Positions 21,981-40,583 are shown, counted from the first letter of the stretch. The stretch: DNA of 64,000 bases from Escherichia coli (GCF_016903815.1 NZ_CP069973.1); one strand, 5' to 3'. Program-made: numbers and translations. Notes: generated by a model from the letters alone, not told the origin.

Positions 21981-22880
21981 TTATTTATTACGCTGGATGA
22001 TGTAGTCCGCTAGCGCTTCCAGTGCCGAGGTATCGAGTGACTGTTCAGCCAGTTGTTTCAGCGACTGACGGGCATCGTCGATCAGATCCCGGGCTTTCTT
22101 CCGGGCTTGCTCAAGACCCAGAAGTGCAGGGTAGGTACTTTTACCAAGTTGCTGATCGGCACCCTGGCGTTTTCCCAACGTTGCAGTATCTCCTACCACA
22201 TCCAGGATGTCATCCTGAACCTGGAAGGCAAGGCCGATGCTCTCTGCGTACTTGTCGAGTACTGGCAGAGCACGACGCCCTTTATCTCCGGCGCTTAATG
22301 CACCAAGGCGAACGGCGGCGCGAATCAATGCGCCGGTTTTATGACGATGAATACGCTCAAGCGCGTCCAGAGGTACGTGTTTGCCTTCCGCGTCTAAATC
22401 TAATGCCTGGCCACCGCACATTCCGGCAATACCGCTGGCGCTCGCCAGTTCAGAAATCATCGAAATTCTGTCGCGATCCGACACTTCCGGCATATCTGCA
22501 TCGCTTAAAATCGAGAACGCCAGCGTTTGTAAAGCATCGCCAGCGAGAATCGCGTTCGCTTCGCCAAACTTCACATGGCAGGTCGGCAAACCGCGACGCA
22601 GATCGTCATCATCCATTGCCGGTAAATCATCATGAATTAATGAGTAAGCGTGGATACACTCAACGGCGGCAGCGGGTGCGTCCAGCGTGTTTGTGCTAAC
22701 GCCGAACATATGACCGGTGGCATAAACCAGGAAAGGTCGCAGGCGCTTACCACCTAATAATGCGCCATACTGCATGGTTTCGACCACGGGAGTGTTCTGA
22801 AAGGGCAGTGGGGCGATAAAACGGCTCAGCGCCTGGTTGGCCTGCTTAACGCAGGCTTCGAGTTGCTGCGGAAAGTCCAT
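21981..22880 (-). CDS. ispA: farnesyl diphosphate synthase IspA
   Basis: 299-aa ORF with both Asp-rich prenyltransferase motifs (LIHDDLPAMDDDDLRRG; FQVQDDILD). Confidence 0.95.
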   Translation of the reverse strand: MDFPQQLEACVKQANQALSRFIAPLPFQNTPVVETMQYGALLGGKRLRPFLVYATGHMFGVSTNTLDAPAAAVECIHAYSLIHDDLPAMDDDDLRRGLPTCHVKFGEANAILAGDALQTLAFSILSDADMPEVSDRDRISMISELASASGIAGMCGGQALDLDAEGKHVPLDALERIHRHKTGALIRAAVRLGALSAGDKGRRALPVLDKYAESIGLAFQVQDDILDVVGDTATLGKRQGADQQLGKSTYPALLGLEQARKKARDLIDDARQSLKQLAEQSLDTSALEALADYIIQRNK

Positions 22881-23122
22881 TATTCATTGTCCGGTGTAAA
22901 AGGGGTTAGAGAGGCGTCTTCATTGTCAGACAGCAGAATTTGTACGCGCTGTTCGGCTTGTTGTAATTTGGCCTGCCCCTGACGTGCCAGCTGCACGCCG
23001 CGTTCGAACTCGTTCAGCGCCTCTTCCAGCGGCAGGTCGCCACTTTCCAGACGGGTTACAATCTGTTCCAGCTCGCTCAGCGCCTTTTCAAAGCTGGCGG
23101 GCGCCTCATTTTTCTTCGGCAT
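22880..23122 (-). CDS. xseB: exodeoxyribonuclease VII small subunit XseB
   Basis: 80-aa [29 protein letters not shown]...; its stop overlaps the ispA start. Confidence 0.9.
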
Positions 23123-23327
23123 AATGAATGTCTGACTCTCAATATTTTTCGCCCCGTCATGGTAACGGACTCAGGGCAAATAGCAAATAACGCGCAATGG
23201 TAAGGTGATGTGCGCAGCAAAGCGATGTTAGTGGTATACTTCCGCGCCTGGATGCAGCCGCAGGTGTGGGCTGCTGTATTTTTCCCTATACAAGTCGCTT
23301 AAGGCTTGCCAACGAACCATTGCCGCC

Positions 23328-24776
23328 ATGAAGTTTATCATTAAATTGTTCCCGGAAATCACCATCAAAAGCCAATCTGTGCGCTTGCGCTTTATAAAAA
23401 TCCTTACCGGGAACATTCGTAACGTTTTAAAGCACTATGATGAGACGCTCGCTGTCGTCCGCCACTGGGATAACATCGAAGTTCGCGCAAAAGATGAAAA
23501 CCAGCGTCTGGCTATTCGCGACGCCCTGACCCGTATTCCGGGTATCCACCATATTCTCGAAGTCGAAGACGTGCCGTTTACCGACATGCACGATATTTTC
23601 GAAAAAGCGTTGGTTCAGTATCGCGATCAGCTGGAGGGGAAAACCTTCTGCGTACGCGTGAAGCGCCGTGGCAAACATGATTTTAGCTCGATTGATGTGG
23701 AACGTTACGTCGGCGGCGGTTTAAATCAGCATATTGAATCCGCGCGCGTGAAGCTGACCAATCCGGATGTGACTGTCCATCTGGAAGTGGAAGACGATCG
23801 TCTCCTGCTGATTAAAGGCCGCTACGAAGGTATTGGCGGTTTCCCGATCGGCACCCAGGAAGATGTGCTGTCGCTCATTTCCGGTGGTTTCGACTCCGGT
23901 GTTTCCAGTTATATGTTGATGCGTCGCGGCTGCCGCGTGCATTACTGCTTCTTTAACCTCGGCGGCGCGGCGCATGAAATTGGCGTGCGTCAGGTAGCGC
24001 ATTATCTGTGGAACCGCTTTGGCAGCTCCCACCGCGTGCGTTTTGTCGCGATTAATTTCGAACCGGTCGTCGGGGAAATTCTCGAGAAAATCGACGACGG
24101 TCAGATGGGCGTAATCCTCAAACGTATGATGGTGCGTGCCGCGTCTAAAGTGGCTGAACGTTACGGTGTACAGGCGCTGGTCACTGGCGAAGCACTGGGC
24201 CAGGTGTCCAGCCAGACGCTGACTAACCTGCGCCTGATTGATAACGTCTCCGACACGCTGATCCTGCGTCCGCTGATTTCTTACGACAAAGAGCACATCA
24301 TCAACCTGGCTCGCCAGATTGGCACTGAAGACTTTGCCCGCACGATGCCCGAATATTGCGGTGTGATCTCCAAAAGCCCGACGGTGAAAGCGGTTAAATC
24401 GAAGATTGAAGCGGAAGAAGAGAAGTTCGACTTCAGCATTCTCGATAAAGTGGTTGAGGAAGCGAATAACGTTGATATCCGCGAAATCGCCCAGCAGACC
24501 GAGCAGGAAGTGGTGGAAGTGGAAACCGTCAACGGCTTCGGCCCGAACGACGTGATTCTCGATATCCGTTCTGTCGATGAACAGGAAGATAAGCCGCTGA
24601 AAGTCGAAGGGATTGATGTGGTTTCTCTGCCGTTCTACAAGTTGAGCACCAAATTTGGCGATCTCGACCAGAACAAAACCTGGCTGTTGTGGTGTGAGCG
24701 CGGGGTGATGAGCCGCCTGCAGGCGCTCTATCTGCGCGAGCAGGGCTTTAACAATGTGAAGGTATATCGCCCGTAA
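23328..24776 (+). CDS. thiI: tRNA 4-thiouridine synthase / thiazole sulfur carrier adenylyltransferase ThiI
   Basis: 482-aa [22 protein letters not shown]... with PP-loop (SGGFDSGV) and C-terminal rhodanese domain. Confidence 0.95.
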   Translation: MKFIIKLFPEITIKSQSVRLRFIKILTGNIRNVLKHYDETLAVVRHWDNIEVRAKDENQRLAIRDALTRIPGIHHILEVEDVPFTDMHDIFEKALVQYRDQLEGKTFCVRVKRRGKHDFSSIDVERYVGGGLNQHIESARVKLTNPDVTVHLEVEDDRLLLIKGRYEGIGGFPIGTQEDVLSLISGGFDSGVSSYMLMRRGCRVHYCFFNLGGAAHEIGVRQVAHYLWNRFGSSHRVRFVAINFEPVVGEILEKIDDGQMGVILKRMMVRAASKVAERYGVQALVTGEALGQVSSQTLTNLRLIDNVSDTLILRPLISYDKEHIINLARQIGTEDFARTMPEYCGVISKSPTVKAVKSKIEAEEEKFDFSILDKVVEEANNVDIREIAQQTEQEVVEVETVNGFGPNDVILDIRSVDEQEDKPLKVEGIDVVSLPFYKLSTKFGDLDQNKTWLLWCERGVMSRLQALYLREQGFNNVKVYRP

Positions 24777-24788
24777 TTTGTGGTTTTT

Positions 24789-24818
24789 ACGTCGCATCTG
24801 GTCAGATGCGACGTTTGC
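24789..24818. terminator. terminator hairpin between convergent thiI and yajL
   Basis: Palindrome cgtcgcatctggtcagatgcgacg followed by tttgcc. Confidence 0.55.
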
Positions 24819-24829
24819 CGCATCCGACA

Positions 24830-26294
<1,465 letters not shown>

Positions 26295-26461
26295 TCTTCC
26301 TCCTCACCCGCAACCACTCCGGGTGTTCAATAAGGCTATCCCTTAATTGTGCATGCTGTTGCGACTATGCACAATTAAGGGATACGTCCTGGTGCAGGAC
26401 TGTTGGTTATTTAACTTTGCAGGTATTATGCTTCGCATCAAAAATGAAGGGAGAGGAAAAG

Positions 26462-26953
26462 ATGCCATCTTTCGATATTGTCTCTGAAGTTGATCTTCAG
26501 GAAGCACGTAACGCGGTCGATAACGCGAGCCGCGAAGTGGAGTCCCGTTTTGACTTCCGTAACGTTGAAGCCTCATTTGAGCTGAACGACGCCAGCAAAA
26601 CCATCAAAGTGTTGAGCGAGTCCGATTTCCAGGTCAATCAGTTGCTGGATATTCTGCGTGCCAAGCTGCTGAAGCGCGGCATTGAAGGCAGTTCGCTGGA
26701 TGTACCGGAAAATATCGTTCATAGCGGTAAAACCTGGTTTGTGGAAGCGAAACTGAAACAGGGCATTGAGAGCGCGACCCAGAAGAAAATCGTCAAGATG
26801 ATCAAAGACAGCAAACTGAAAGTGCAGGCGCAAATTCAGGGTGATGAGATCCGCGTAACGGGTAAATCTCGTGATGATTTGCAGGCTGTCATGGCGATGG
26901 TACGTGGTGGCGATCTCGGTCAGCCGTTCCAGTTCAAAAACTTCCGCGATTAA
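26462..26953 (+). CDS. yajQ: nucleotide-binding protein YajQ
   Basis: ATG at 26462 gives the 163-aa [26 protein letters not shown]... protein. Confidence 0.9.
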
Positions 26954-27000
26954 TCGCGACAATGTGCGTTTTGTTCATGCCGAATGCAGCATGAACAGCT

Positions 27001-27065
27001 AATTCGGCCTACAACGATTTGTAACTCAGGAACTTTGTAGGCCTGGTAAGCGTAGCGCAGCAGGC
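27001..27065. repeat. REP-like (repetitive extragenic palindrome) sequences between yajQ and yajR
   Basis: aattcggcctaca and gtaggcctggtaagcgtagcgcagcaggc resemble the canonical E. coli REP consensus in inverted orientation. Confidence 0.5.
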
Positions 27066-27080
27066 AATTCGCCTCGTTTT

Positions 27081-28445
27081 TTATGCCTGACGAATTGCCT
27101 GTTCAACCTCAAAGCGATTCGTCACTTTGCTGTCGATTTTCACATAAGCTGAATGTTCTTCTTCTGCAATCAACACTTCTTTGACCCCCGCGGTTTCCAG
27201 CAAACGCACTTTTAACGCCTCGTTTGCGGCAATGTCCGCCGGGATTTCAATGCGTAAGCTGCTGACATACGGCGGTTCTTTCATGGTACTGGCGACTGCC
27301 AGCCACACTGCGGCCAGCATTGCGCCAGCGAGAAATACGCCCTGACCGTCAAACATGCCGTCAATCCAGCCGCCCAGCGAACCGCCAATCGCCACGCCAA
27401 GAAACTGGCTGGTGGAGTAAACACCCATCGCCGTACCTTTGTAACCTGCTGGCGACTCTTTACTGATAAGTGAGGGCAGGAGGGCTTCCATCAAATTAAA
27501 CGCCACAAAGAAAAGCTGCACGCCGACCACCAGTTGCCAGAACTGCGTTTGTGCGTTCCACAACACAATTTCCGCAACCACGATCAACCCAACGCAGAAG
27601 ACAAAGACTTGCTTCATTTTGCGCTTAACTTCAGCGTAGATAATGAAAGGCACGACCGAGCCAAAGGCGATTAACATCGTTGCCAAGTAGACCTTCCAGT
27701 GTTCAGCCGCCGGGAACCCCGCATCAGCCAGTTGTCCGGGCAGGGCAACAAACGTCGACATCAGCAAAATATGCAGACACATAATGCCAAAGTTGAGTTT
27801 CAGCAGCCGCGGTTCCGCCAGCACTTTACTGAAACTGCCTTTCACCATTCCGGACTCACGATTAAGTACGTGAGTGCTACTGTTGGGCACAACCCAAATG
27901 GTCAACGCAATGCCGGTTGTTGCCAGAATAGCGATCATCCAAAACAGCGCGTGCAGCCCAAGTTTGTGAGTGATGATCGGGCCAAGCACCATCGCAATGG
28001 CAAAGGTAATGCCAAAGCTCACGCCGATAAACGCCATTGCTTTGGTGCGGTTTTGTTCGCGCGTGAGATCGGAAAGCAGCGCCATAACGGCAGCGGCAAT
28101 CGCACCGGAGCCTTGTAGCGCCCGGCCCAGAATAATTCCCCAGATGGAGTCAGAGAGCGCAGCGATAACGCTACCGGCGGCAAACACTGCCAGCCCACCG
28201 ACAATTAATGGTTTGCGACCAATGCGGTCGGAAAGCAGGCCAAACGGAATCTGAAAAACGGCCTGAGTCAGACCATAAATACCAATGGCAATACCGATTA
28301 ATGCTTCGCTGGCACCTTGCAGAGCCATGCCGTACGTGGTCAGAACCGGCAGAACCATGAACATGCCCAGCATGCGCAACGAGAATACGGTCCCTAAACC
28401 CCAGGTCGCGCGCCTCTCACCTGGCGTCATTTTATAATCGTTCAT
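27081..28445 (-). CDS. yajR: MFS-family transporter YajR
   Basis: Start at MNDYKMTPGERRATWGLGTVFSLRMLG... gives 454 aa; multi-TM MFS pattern. Confidence 0.9.
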   Translation of the reverse strand: MNDYKMTPGERRATWGLGTVFSLRMLGMFMVLPVLTTYGMALQGASEALIGIAIGIYGLTQAVFQIPFGLLSDRIGRKPLIVGGLAVFAAGSVIAALSDSIWGIILGRALQGSGAIAAAVMALLSDLTREQNRTKAMAFIGVSFGITFAIAMVLGPIITHKLGLHALFWMIAILATTGIALTIWVVPNSSTHVLNRESGMVKGSFSKVLAEPRLLKLNFGIMCLHILLMSTFVALPGQLADAGFPAAEHWKVYLATMLIAFGSVVPFIIYAEVKRKMKQVFVFCVGLIVVAEIVLWNAQTQFWQLVVGVQLFFVAFNLMEALLPSLISKESPAGYKGTAMGVYSTSQFLGVAIGGSLGGWIDGMFDGQGVFLAGAMLAAVWLAVASTMKEPPYVSSLRIEIPADIAANEALKVRLLETAGVKEVLIAEEEHSAYVKIDSKVTNRFEVEQAIRQA

Positions 28446-28552
28446 TACCACCTCTGTTTTAAATTCGCGACTAGTGTAAAGCGGCAAACGAATGGGGTAA
28501 ACATGCGGATTTTTTAGTAAATATTTCGAGAGGGATATGATTCTAATGCTAA

Positions 28553-28580
28553 GAAAAAAGGTGCCGTAGCACCTTTTTAA
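28553..28580 (-). terminator. rho-independent terminator of the cyoABCDE operon
   Basis: Minus-strand hairpin aaaggtgctacggcaccttt followed by a T-run (plus strand aaaaaaggtgccgtagcaccttttt). Confidence 0.7.
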
Positions 28581-28593
28581 CTGAGAGGTTGTG

Positions 28594-29484
28594 TTACCAC
28601 ACAGCAGCCAGCAGCGTATGCGAGTCCGGCACCATAAAATCAACGGACATCATCACCGAGAGGGCAGTGATGGCGATGATAGAGAAGCCGAACAGCTTGC
28701 GCGCCCAGATTCTGTCATCAGCAACTTTATAACCGCGCAGAGCCATGCCTAACCACCAGACGCTCACCGCCGCGGCGACTACCAGATATTTATACCCAGC
28801 GTAACCGCCAAGAGAGAGCATCAGCGTGGCAACGGCAAAGGCGATGATATACAGCGTGATGTGATTCTTCGCCACCGAAATGCCTTTTACCACTGGCAAT
28901 ACCGGAATGTTTGCCGCCTGGTAATCCTTAAAGCGGAAAATGGCGATGGCATAGGAGTGAGGCATCTGCCACAGACTGAAGATAGCAAGCAGGATCGCTG
29001 CGCCACTATCGAACTCGCCGGTTACTGCACAGTAGCCGATCACCGGCGGCGCAGCGCCGGAGAGCGAACCAATCAATGTGCCGTAGACTGAGTGGCGTTT
29101 CATGTACAGGCTATAAACGCCGACGTAAACCACAAAGCCCATCACCCCCAGCCAGCAGGCCAGCGGATTCGCGCCAAACCACAGCAGCATAAAGCCAGCA
29201 ATACCCAGCAAGGTGGCGTACACCAGCGAGACAGCAGGAGAGATCAGGCCTTTAACCAGCACCCGATTCTTCGTCCTTTCCATCTTTCTGTCGATATCCC
29301 TGTCGATGTAGTTGTTAAACACACAACCCGACGCCACAACCAGTGACACCCCAACCAGCGTGTAGATAAACAGGGGATAATCAATGCGGCCCTTTGAGGC
29401 CAGCAGGAATCCCCCAATCACCGAGATCAGGTTGCCAAAGATGATGCCTGGTTTCGTTACTTGCAGGTATTGCTTAAACATCAT
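28594..29484 (-). CDS. cyoE: heme O synthase (protoheme IX farnesyltransferase) CyoE
   Basis: 296-aa polytopic membrane protein [22 protein letters not shown]... Confidence 0.95.
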   Translation of the reverse strand: MMFKQYLQVTKPGIIFGNLISVIGGFLLASKGRIDYPLFIYTLVGVSLVVASGCVFNNYIDRDIDRKMERTKNRVLVKGLISPAVSLVYATLLGIAGFMLLWFGANPLACWLGVMGFVVYVGVYSLYMKRHSVYGTLIGSLSGAAPPVIGYCAVTGEFDSGAAILLAIFSLWQMPHSYAIAIFRFKDYQAANIPVLPVVKGISVAKNHITLYIIAFAVATLMLSLGGYAGYKYLVVAAAVSVWWLGMALRGYKVADDRIWARKLFGFSIIAITALSVMMSVDFMVPDSHTLLAAVW

Positions 29485-29495
29485 AACCGCCGCTC

Positions 29496-32432
<2,937 letters not shown>

Positions 32433-32441
32433 TCAACCCCT

Positions 32442-33392
<951 letters not shown>

Positions 33393-33848
33393 ACGACCTC
33401 AATTCCACGGGATCTGGTGGCGTTTAAAGTGTGTGGGCATTTTACGGGAAGGTTACATTACTGTAAACATGATTAAATTCCTGTTACTTGGATTTGGCTT
33501 CCAGGTCACATATGTTGCAAAACATATCAGGTTGATTTTAAGAAGCTGTTGCAAAAGGGCGTTATAACAAAAGGGAAGTGCAGAAGGAGTCTGGGCGGGC
33601 AATTGGTATAACCAATGCGAAATAAAACAATTATTTAACAAATAATTATCATTAAGGTGACAACTGGGTAGTGAGAAAATAAAGACTCATTAGCTGAATC
33701 GTGTAAGAAAAATAGAATTCATAAATGGCGTCTATAATTTCCAGACGCTAAGCCGCACAAAAGAACAAATATTAATAAGCGATGCTGATGTTTATTTAGC
33801 CGTAATAATTACGGCGAGTGATTACTACAGCTAAATAATATTTACAGA

Positions 33849-35324
33849 TTACGTCAGATGCGTTTTTCGTAGCGCCAGATAATCCAGTAAACCACCAAGC
33901 ACGACGCCAGAAAGGGCAACTAAAACCCCGACTTCCAGCAGAGCAGGCAGGAAAGAGAAGTGCGTCAAATCCAGCGCGTCCATCGTCAACAGCAGTAACC
34001 ACACGGCCAACAGGCTGACGCCCGCCGCCAGTGTCCACATAGCAAAGGCATAACCTGCCGGATATTCGGTACGGGAGATAAAGTTGTCATTTACTCGTGT
34101 ATATTCAAGCGTCTGGCGACAAATCAGCAGCAAAATAAGCCCTGGTACGGCAGCGGCGACGGAGAACAGATAGAATGTCGACCAGCCGTGTGCTTCAACA
34201 AACCAACCCGCCACGGGGCCGACATAAACTCGCCCTACAGCAGAAAGCGCTGAGAGCAGGGCAAATTGAGTAGCGGAAAATGACTTATTACACAGCGTCA
34301 TTAACAGCGCGACAAAGGCTGATGTGCCCATCCCGCCACAGAGGTTTTCGAAAAAGACGGCAGCGCCCATGCTGTAGAGATGCTTATCAGTAATCGACAG
34401 CAGCCAGTAACCGGCGTTAGATGCACCTTGTAAAATGCCGAAAATCAGCAGCGCCCGGAACAGCGACAGGCGCTGCATCAAAATCCCACCGTACAATGCG
34501 CCAACAATGGTCGCCAGTAAGCCAAGCGTTTTGTTAACCACGCCTACTTCACCCGCATCAAACCCGACGCCGCGAATCAAAAACGTGGTTGTCAGGCTCA
34601 TAGCGAATGCGTCGCCCAGCTTATACAGCACGATAAGAAGCAAAATAAGCCAGGCATTATTGCGACCAAAGAAATCTCGCAGAGGTGCAACAACCGCTTG
34701 TTCCAGCGTTTTGGGCACAGGAATGGTGTCGGTGGGTTCTGGTGCAAGTAACGTCGCGATAATACAGGGGATCAACAGCGCCGCCATCAACCAGTACATG
34801 CCCTGCCAGCCCAGCCATTTATCTGCCAGCCACAGGGCTAAGCCGCCGGAAACCAGCATCCCTAAACGGTAACCCAGCACGCTGATTGCCGCGCCCGCAC
34901 CACGTTCTTCTGCCGGGAGCACATCGGTTTTCCACGCATCGAAGACAATATCCTGGGAGGCAGAGCAAAAAGCGATCACCACTGCCAGTGCCGCCATCCA
35001 GCGGAGTTGGGTGCCAGGTTCGAGAAAACCCATCGCCGCAATGGCGACTAATAACAGAATTTGCGTGGCGAGCAGCCAACCGCGCCGCCGCCCAAAAAAT
35101 GGGGGCGTGTAGCGGTCCATCAGCGGTGACCAGAGGAATTTAAAAACGTAAGCCTGGCCTACCAGCGAGAAGAAACCAATGGTTTTAAGATCGATATTCT
35201 CGACCGTCATCCAGGCCTGTAAGGTGCCGGATGTCAGGGCGAGCGGTAGCCCGGAAGCAAAACCCAGAATCAGCAATATGGCTGAACGTGGCTGTTGAAA
35301 AATACGTAAATATTGACTGGACAT
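33849..35324 (-). CDS. ampG: muropeptide permease AmpG
   Basis: 491-aa MFS-type membrane protein MSSQYLRIFQQPRSAILLILGFASG... Confidence 0.95.
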   Translation of the reverse strand: MSSQYLRIFQQPRSAILLILGFASGLPLALTSGTLQAWMTVENIDLKTIGFFSLVGQAYVFKFLWSPLMDRYTPPFFGRRRGWLLATQILLLVAIAAMGFLEPGTQLRWMAALAVVIAFCSASQDIVFDAWKTDVLPAEERGAGAAISVLGYRLGMLVSGGLALWLADKWLGWQGMYWLMAALLIPCIIATLLAPEPTDTIPVPKTLEQAVVAPLRDFFGRNNAWLILLLIVLYKLGDAFAMSLTTTFLIRGVGFDAGEVGVVNKTLGLLATIVGALYGGILMQRLSLFRALLIFGILQGASNAGYWLLSITDKHLYSMGAAVFFENLCGGMGTSAFVALLMTLCNKSFSATQFALLSALSAVGRVYVGPVAGWFVEAHGWSTFYLFSVAAAVPGLILLLICRQTLEYTRVNDNFISRTEYPAGYAFAMWTLAAGVSLLAVWLLLLTMDALDLTHFSFLPALLEVGVLVALSGVVLGGLLDYLALRKTHLT

Positions 35325-35367
35325 GGGCGTCTACAGGCCCGGCTTGCACCGGGCCAGAGGGCAGAAA

Positions 35368-35946
35368 TTAACGCGCGTTCTGCTTGATGAATTCGTGGAT
35401 GCTGGTGTCCTGAGACATATCAGCGATGGTATCGGTCAGCACACTGTTAACCGCATCGGCGATATTTTTGTTGGAGGCCTGGAACGCACCTTCAACGTTG
35501 TAGCTGGCACGATAGTTCTTGGTCATTTTGTTGCCATTCTGCGCGGTAGCGATGATAGCGATATCCGCTTTGGTCGCGATGTTATAGCGCACGTTGCCCT
35601 GGGACACATCAGCATACAGTTGGCTAACGATGATTTGCAGATTAACCGGGCCATTCGGACCAACCATGTAACCACGCGCGGTCATCTGTTTTTCCAGCAC
35701 TTCTTGCAGCAGGAAACGCAGATCGCGTGAGGCGGTCAGGGTAACGATTTGATTATCGCGGGTGACTTTTGCCAGCGCCTGATCGGTACGCTGATCGGCA
35801 CCATTAATGCTTACGGTGACGCCCATCAGGCTTGGATCCTGCTGTGGCAGTGTCATCGTCGGGGAAACTTCAATAGTTGTTGGCGGTTTTGCGCATCCTG
35901 CAAGCATAAACAGAGCAACTAACGGGAAGAGGATTTTTTTGAACAT
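35368..35946 (-). CDS. yajG: lipoprotein YajG
   Basis: Start at MFKKILFPLVALFMLAGCAKPP (lipobox LAGC) gives 192 aa; the ORF-track extension is not supported. Confidence 0.9.
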   Translation of the reverse strand: MFKKILFPLVALFMLAGCAKPPTTIEVSPTMTLPQQDPSLMGVTVSINGADQRTDQALAKVTRDNQIVTLTASRDLRFLLQEVLEKQMTARGYMVGPNGPVNLQIIVSQLYADVSQGNVRYNIATKADIAIIATAQNGNKMTKNYRASYNVEGAFQASNKNIADAVNSVLTDTIADMSQDTSIHEFIKQNAR

Positions 35947-36250
35947 GTTCGGGCTCTCAGAGACTCTTAAGCGTGTTTGGTAAAAATTCCCGCCATCATA
36001 ACATTGCCAACGGCGAGGGGAAGTGGGTAAGGCATGTAAATTCATCATGTTGACGAAATAATCGCCCCTGGTAAAAGAAACGCTGATGCGAGGCCTGTGT
36101 TTCAATCTTTAAATCAGTAAACTTCATACGCTTGACAGAAAAACCAGGACGAAACCTAAATATTTGTTGTTAAGCTGCAATGGAAACGGTAAAAGCGGCT
36201 AGTATTTAAAGGGATGGATGACATCTCAGCGTTGTCGGAGGAGATATTTC

Positions 36251-36568
36251 ATGATGATACGTGAGCGGATAGAAGAAAAATTAAGGGCGGCGTTCCAACC
36301 CGTATTCCTCGAAGTAGTGGATGAAAGCTATCGTCACAATGTCCCAGCCGGCTCTGAAAGCCATTTTAAAGTTGTGCTGGTCAGCGATCGTTTTACGGGT
36401 GAACGTTTTCTGAATCGTCATCGAATGATTTACAGTACTTTAGCGGAGGAACTCTCTACTACCGTTCATGCGCTGGCTCTGCATACTTACACTATTAAGG
36501 AGTGGGAAGGGTTGCAGGACACCGTCTTTGCCTCTCCTCCCTGTCGTGGAGCAGGAAGCATCGCGTAA
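36251..36568 (+). CDS. bolA: stress/morphogene transcriptional regulator BolA
   Basis: ATG at 36251 gives the 105-aa [29 protein letters not shown]... protein. Confidence 0.9.
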
Positions 36569-36902
36569 AAACGCATTTGCAACTGTCGGCGCTTTTCCAG
36601 TATGTTGCTAAAGATTTTATGAAAAACGGCCTGCGGGCCGTTTTGTTTTGTCTGGATTTTGCGCTTTTTGCCCAGCATTCAGACGAAAATTGCCCGGGAA
36701 TTGTGAAAAAATACGCGACAGCGCGCAATAACCGTTCTCGACTCATAAAAGTGATGCCGCTATAATGCCGCGTCCTATTTGAATGCTTTCGGGATGATTC
36801 TGGTAACAGGGAATGTGATTGATTATAAGAACATCCCGGTTCCGCGAAGCCAACAACCTGTGCTTGCGGGGTAAGAGTTGACCGAGCACTGTGATTTTTT
36901 GA

Positions 36903-38210
<1,308 letters not shown>

Positions 38211-38243
38211 TTTACGCAGCATAACGCGCTAAATTCGCACAAA

Positions 38244-38276
38244 GGCCCGTCACCGCCAGGTGGTGGGCTTTTTTTT
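38244..38276 (+). terminator. rho-independent terminator after tig
   Basis: GC-rich imperfect hairpin gcccgtcaccgccaggtggtgggc followed by a T8 run. Confidence 0.7.
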
Positions 38277-38347
38277 GTCATGAATTTTGCATGGAACCGT
38301 GCGAAAAGCCTCTTTCGGTGTTAGCGTAACAACAAAAGATTGTTATG

Positions 38348-38377
38348 CTTGAAATATGGTGATGCCGTACCCATAAC
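38348..38377 (+). promoter_or_regulatory. candidate sigma-32 (heat-shock) promoter of clpPX
   Basis: CTTGAAA, 15-nt spacer, CCCATAAC; resembles the sigma-32 consensus CTTGAAA-N13-15-CCCCATNT. Confidence 0.5.
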
Positions 38378-38455
38378 ACAGGGACTAGCTGATAATCCGT
38401 CCATAAGGTTACAATCGGTACAGCAGGTTTTTTCAATTTTATCCAGGAGACGGAA

Positions 38456-39079
38456 ATGTCATACAGCGGCGAACGAGATAACTTTGCACCCCATATGGCG
38501 CTGGTGCCGATGGTCATTGAACAGACCTCACGTGGTGAGCGCTCTTTTGATATCTATTCTCGTCTACTTAAGGAACGCGTCATTTTTCTGACTGGCCAGG
38601 TTGAAGACCACATGGCTAACCTGATTGTGGCGCAGATGCTGTTCTTGGAAGCAGAAAACCCAGAAAAAGATATCTATCTGTACATTAACTCCCCAGGCGG
38701 GGTGATCACTGCCGGGATGTCTATCTATGACACCATGCAGTTTATCAAGCCTGATGTCAGCACCATCTGTATGGGCCAGGCGGCTTCGATGGGCGCTTTC
38801 TTGCTGACTGCAGGGGCAAAAGGTAAACGTTTCTGCCTGCCGAATTCGCGCGTGATGATTCACCAGCCGTTGGGCGGCTACCAGGGCCAGGCGACCGATA
38901 TCGAAATTCATGCCCGTGAAATTCTGAAAGTTAAAGGGCGCATGAATGAACTTATGGCGCTTCATACGGGTCAATCATTAGAACAGATTGAACGTGATAC
39001 CGAGCGCGATCGCTTCCTTTCCGCCCCTGAAGCGGTGGAATACGGTCTGGTCGATTCGATTCTGACCCATCGTAATTGA
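38456..39079 (+). CDS. clpP: ATP-dependent Clp protease proteolytic subunit ClpP
   Basis: 207-aa [41 protein letters not shown]... with catalytic Ser region GQAASMGA. Confidence 0.95.
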   Translation: MSYSGERDNFAPHMALVPMVIEQTSRGERSFDIYSRLLKERVIFLTGQVEDHMANLIVAQMLFLEAENPEKDIYLYINSPGGVITAGMSIYDTMQFIKPDVSTICMGQAASMGAFLLTAGAKGKRFCLPNSRVMIHQPLGGYQGQATDIEIHAREILKVKGRMNELMALHTGQSLEQIERDTERDRFLSAPEAVEYGLVDSILTHRN

Positions 39080-39204
39080 TGCCAGAGGCGCAACTGTGCC
39101 GCTATACTTATCCAGGGCGGCACAACGCTGTAAGCGGCTTGCGCCTGAGAATGGCATTTGCGTCGTCGTGTGCGGCACAAAGAACAAAGAAGAGGTTTTG
39201 ACCC

Positions 39205-40479
39205 ATGACAGATAAACGCAAAGATGGCTCAGGCAAATTGCTGTATTGCTCTTTTTGCGGCAAAAGCCAGCATGAAGTGCGCAAGCTGATTGCCGGTCCA
39301 TCCGTGTATATCTGCGACGAATGTGTTGATTTATGTAACGACATCATTCGCGAAGAGATTAAAGAAGTTGCACCGCATCGTGAACGCAGTGCGCTACCGA
39401 CGCCGCATGAAATTCGTAACCACCTGGACGATTACGTTATCGGCCAGGAACAGGCGAAAAAAGTGCTGGCGGTCGCGGTATACAACCATTACAAACGTCT
39501 GCGCAACGGCGATACCAGCAATGGTGTCGAGTTGGGCAAAAGTAACATTCTGCTGATCGGTCCGACCGGTTCCGGTAAAACGCTGCTGGCTGAAACGCTG
39601 GCGCGCCTGCTGGACGTCCCTTTCACCATGGCCGACGCAACCACGCTGACCGAAGCCGGTTATGTGGGCGAAGACGTTGAAAACATCATTCAGAAGCTGT
39701 TGCAAAAGTGCGATTACGACGTACAGAAAGCGCAGCGCGGGATTGTCTACATCGATGAAATCGACAAGATTTCTCGTAAGTCAGACAACCCGTCTATTAC
39801 CCGTGACGTTTCCGGTGAAGGCGTACAGCAGGCACTGTTGAAACTGATCGAAGGTACGGTAGCTGCTGTTCCACCGCAAGGTGGGCGTAAACATCCGCAG
39901 CAGGAATTCTTGCAGGTAGATACCTCTAAGATCCTGTTTATTTGTGGTGGTGCGTTCGCTGGTCTGGATAAAGTCATTTCCCATCGTGTAGAAACCGGCT
40001 CCGGCATTGGTTTTGGCGCGACGGTAAAAGCGAAGTCCGACAAAGCAAGCGAAGGCGAGCTGCTGGCGCAGGTTGAACCGGAAGATCTGATCAAGTTTGG
40101 TCTGATCCCTGAGTTCATTGGTCGTCTGCCGGTTGTCGCAACGTTGAATGAACTGAGCGAAGAAGCTCTGATTCAGATCCTCAAAGAGCCGAAAAACGCC
40201 CTGACCAAGCAGTATCAGGCGCTGTTTAATTTGGAAGGCGTGGATCTGGAATTCCGTGACGAGGCGCTGGATGCTATCGCTAAGAAAGCGATGGCGCGTA
40301 AAACCGGTGCCCGTGGCCTGCGTTCCATCGTAGAAGCCGCACTGCTCGATACCATGTACGATCTGCCGTCCATGGAAGACGTCGAAAAAGTGGTTATCGA
40401 CGAATCGGTAATTGATGGTCAAAGCAAGCCGTTGCTGATTTATGGCAAGCCGGAAGCGCAACAGGCATCTGGTGAATAA
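39205..40479 (+). CDS. clpX: ATP-dependent Clp protease ATP-binding subunit ClpX
   Basis: 424-aa ORF with N-terminal zinc-binding domain (CSFCGK...CDEC) and Walker A (GPTGSGKT). Confidence 0.95.
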
Positions 40480-40511
40480 TTAACCATTCCCATACAATTA
40501 GTTAACCAAAA

Positions 40512-40545
40512 AGGGGGGATTTTATCTCCCCTTTAATTTTTCCTC
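40512..40545 (+). terminator. terminator hairpin after clpX
   Basis: ggggggattttatctcccc followed by tttaattttt. K-12 is reported (from memory) to carry the small RNA SraA in this clpX-lon spacer; its extent and strand cannot be set from sequence. Confidence 0.5.
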
Positions 40546-40556
40546 TATTCTCGGCG

Positions 40557-40583
40557 TTGAATGTGGGGGAAACATCCCCATAT
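40557..40583 (+). promoter_or_regulatory. sigma-32 heat-shock promoter of lon
   Basis: TTGAAT (40557-40562), 13-nt spacer, CCCCATAT (40576-40583); close to the sigma-32 consensus, at the right distance upstream of lon. Confidence 0.65.

Noticed and set aside
27081-28643. ORF-track version of yajR with a 66-codon N-terminal extension (520 aa)
   Set aside because: The extension runs through the cyo operon terminator hairpin; the MFS protein begins at the internal Met (MNDYKMT...). Similar upstream extensions were trimmed for acpH, yajC, secF, tsx, ribE, yajQ, cyoD, yajG, bolA, lon, glnK, tesB, ybaZ, ylaC, hha and acrA.
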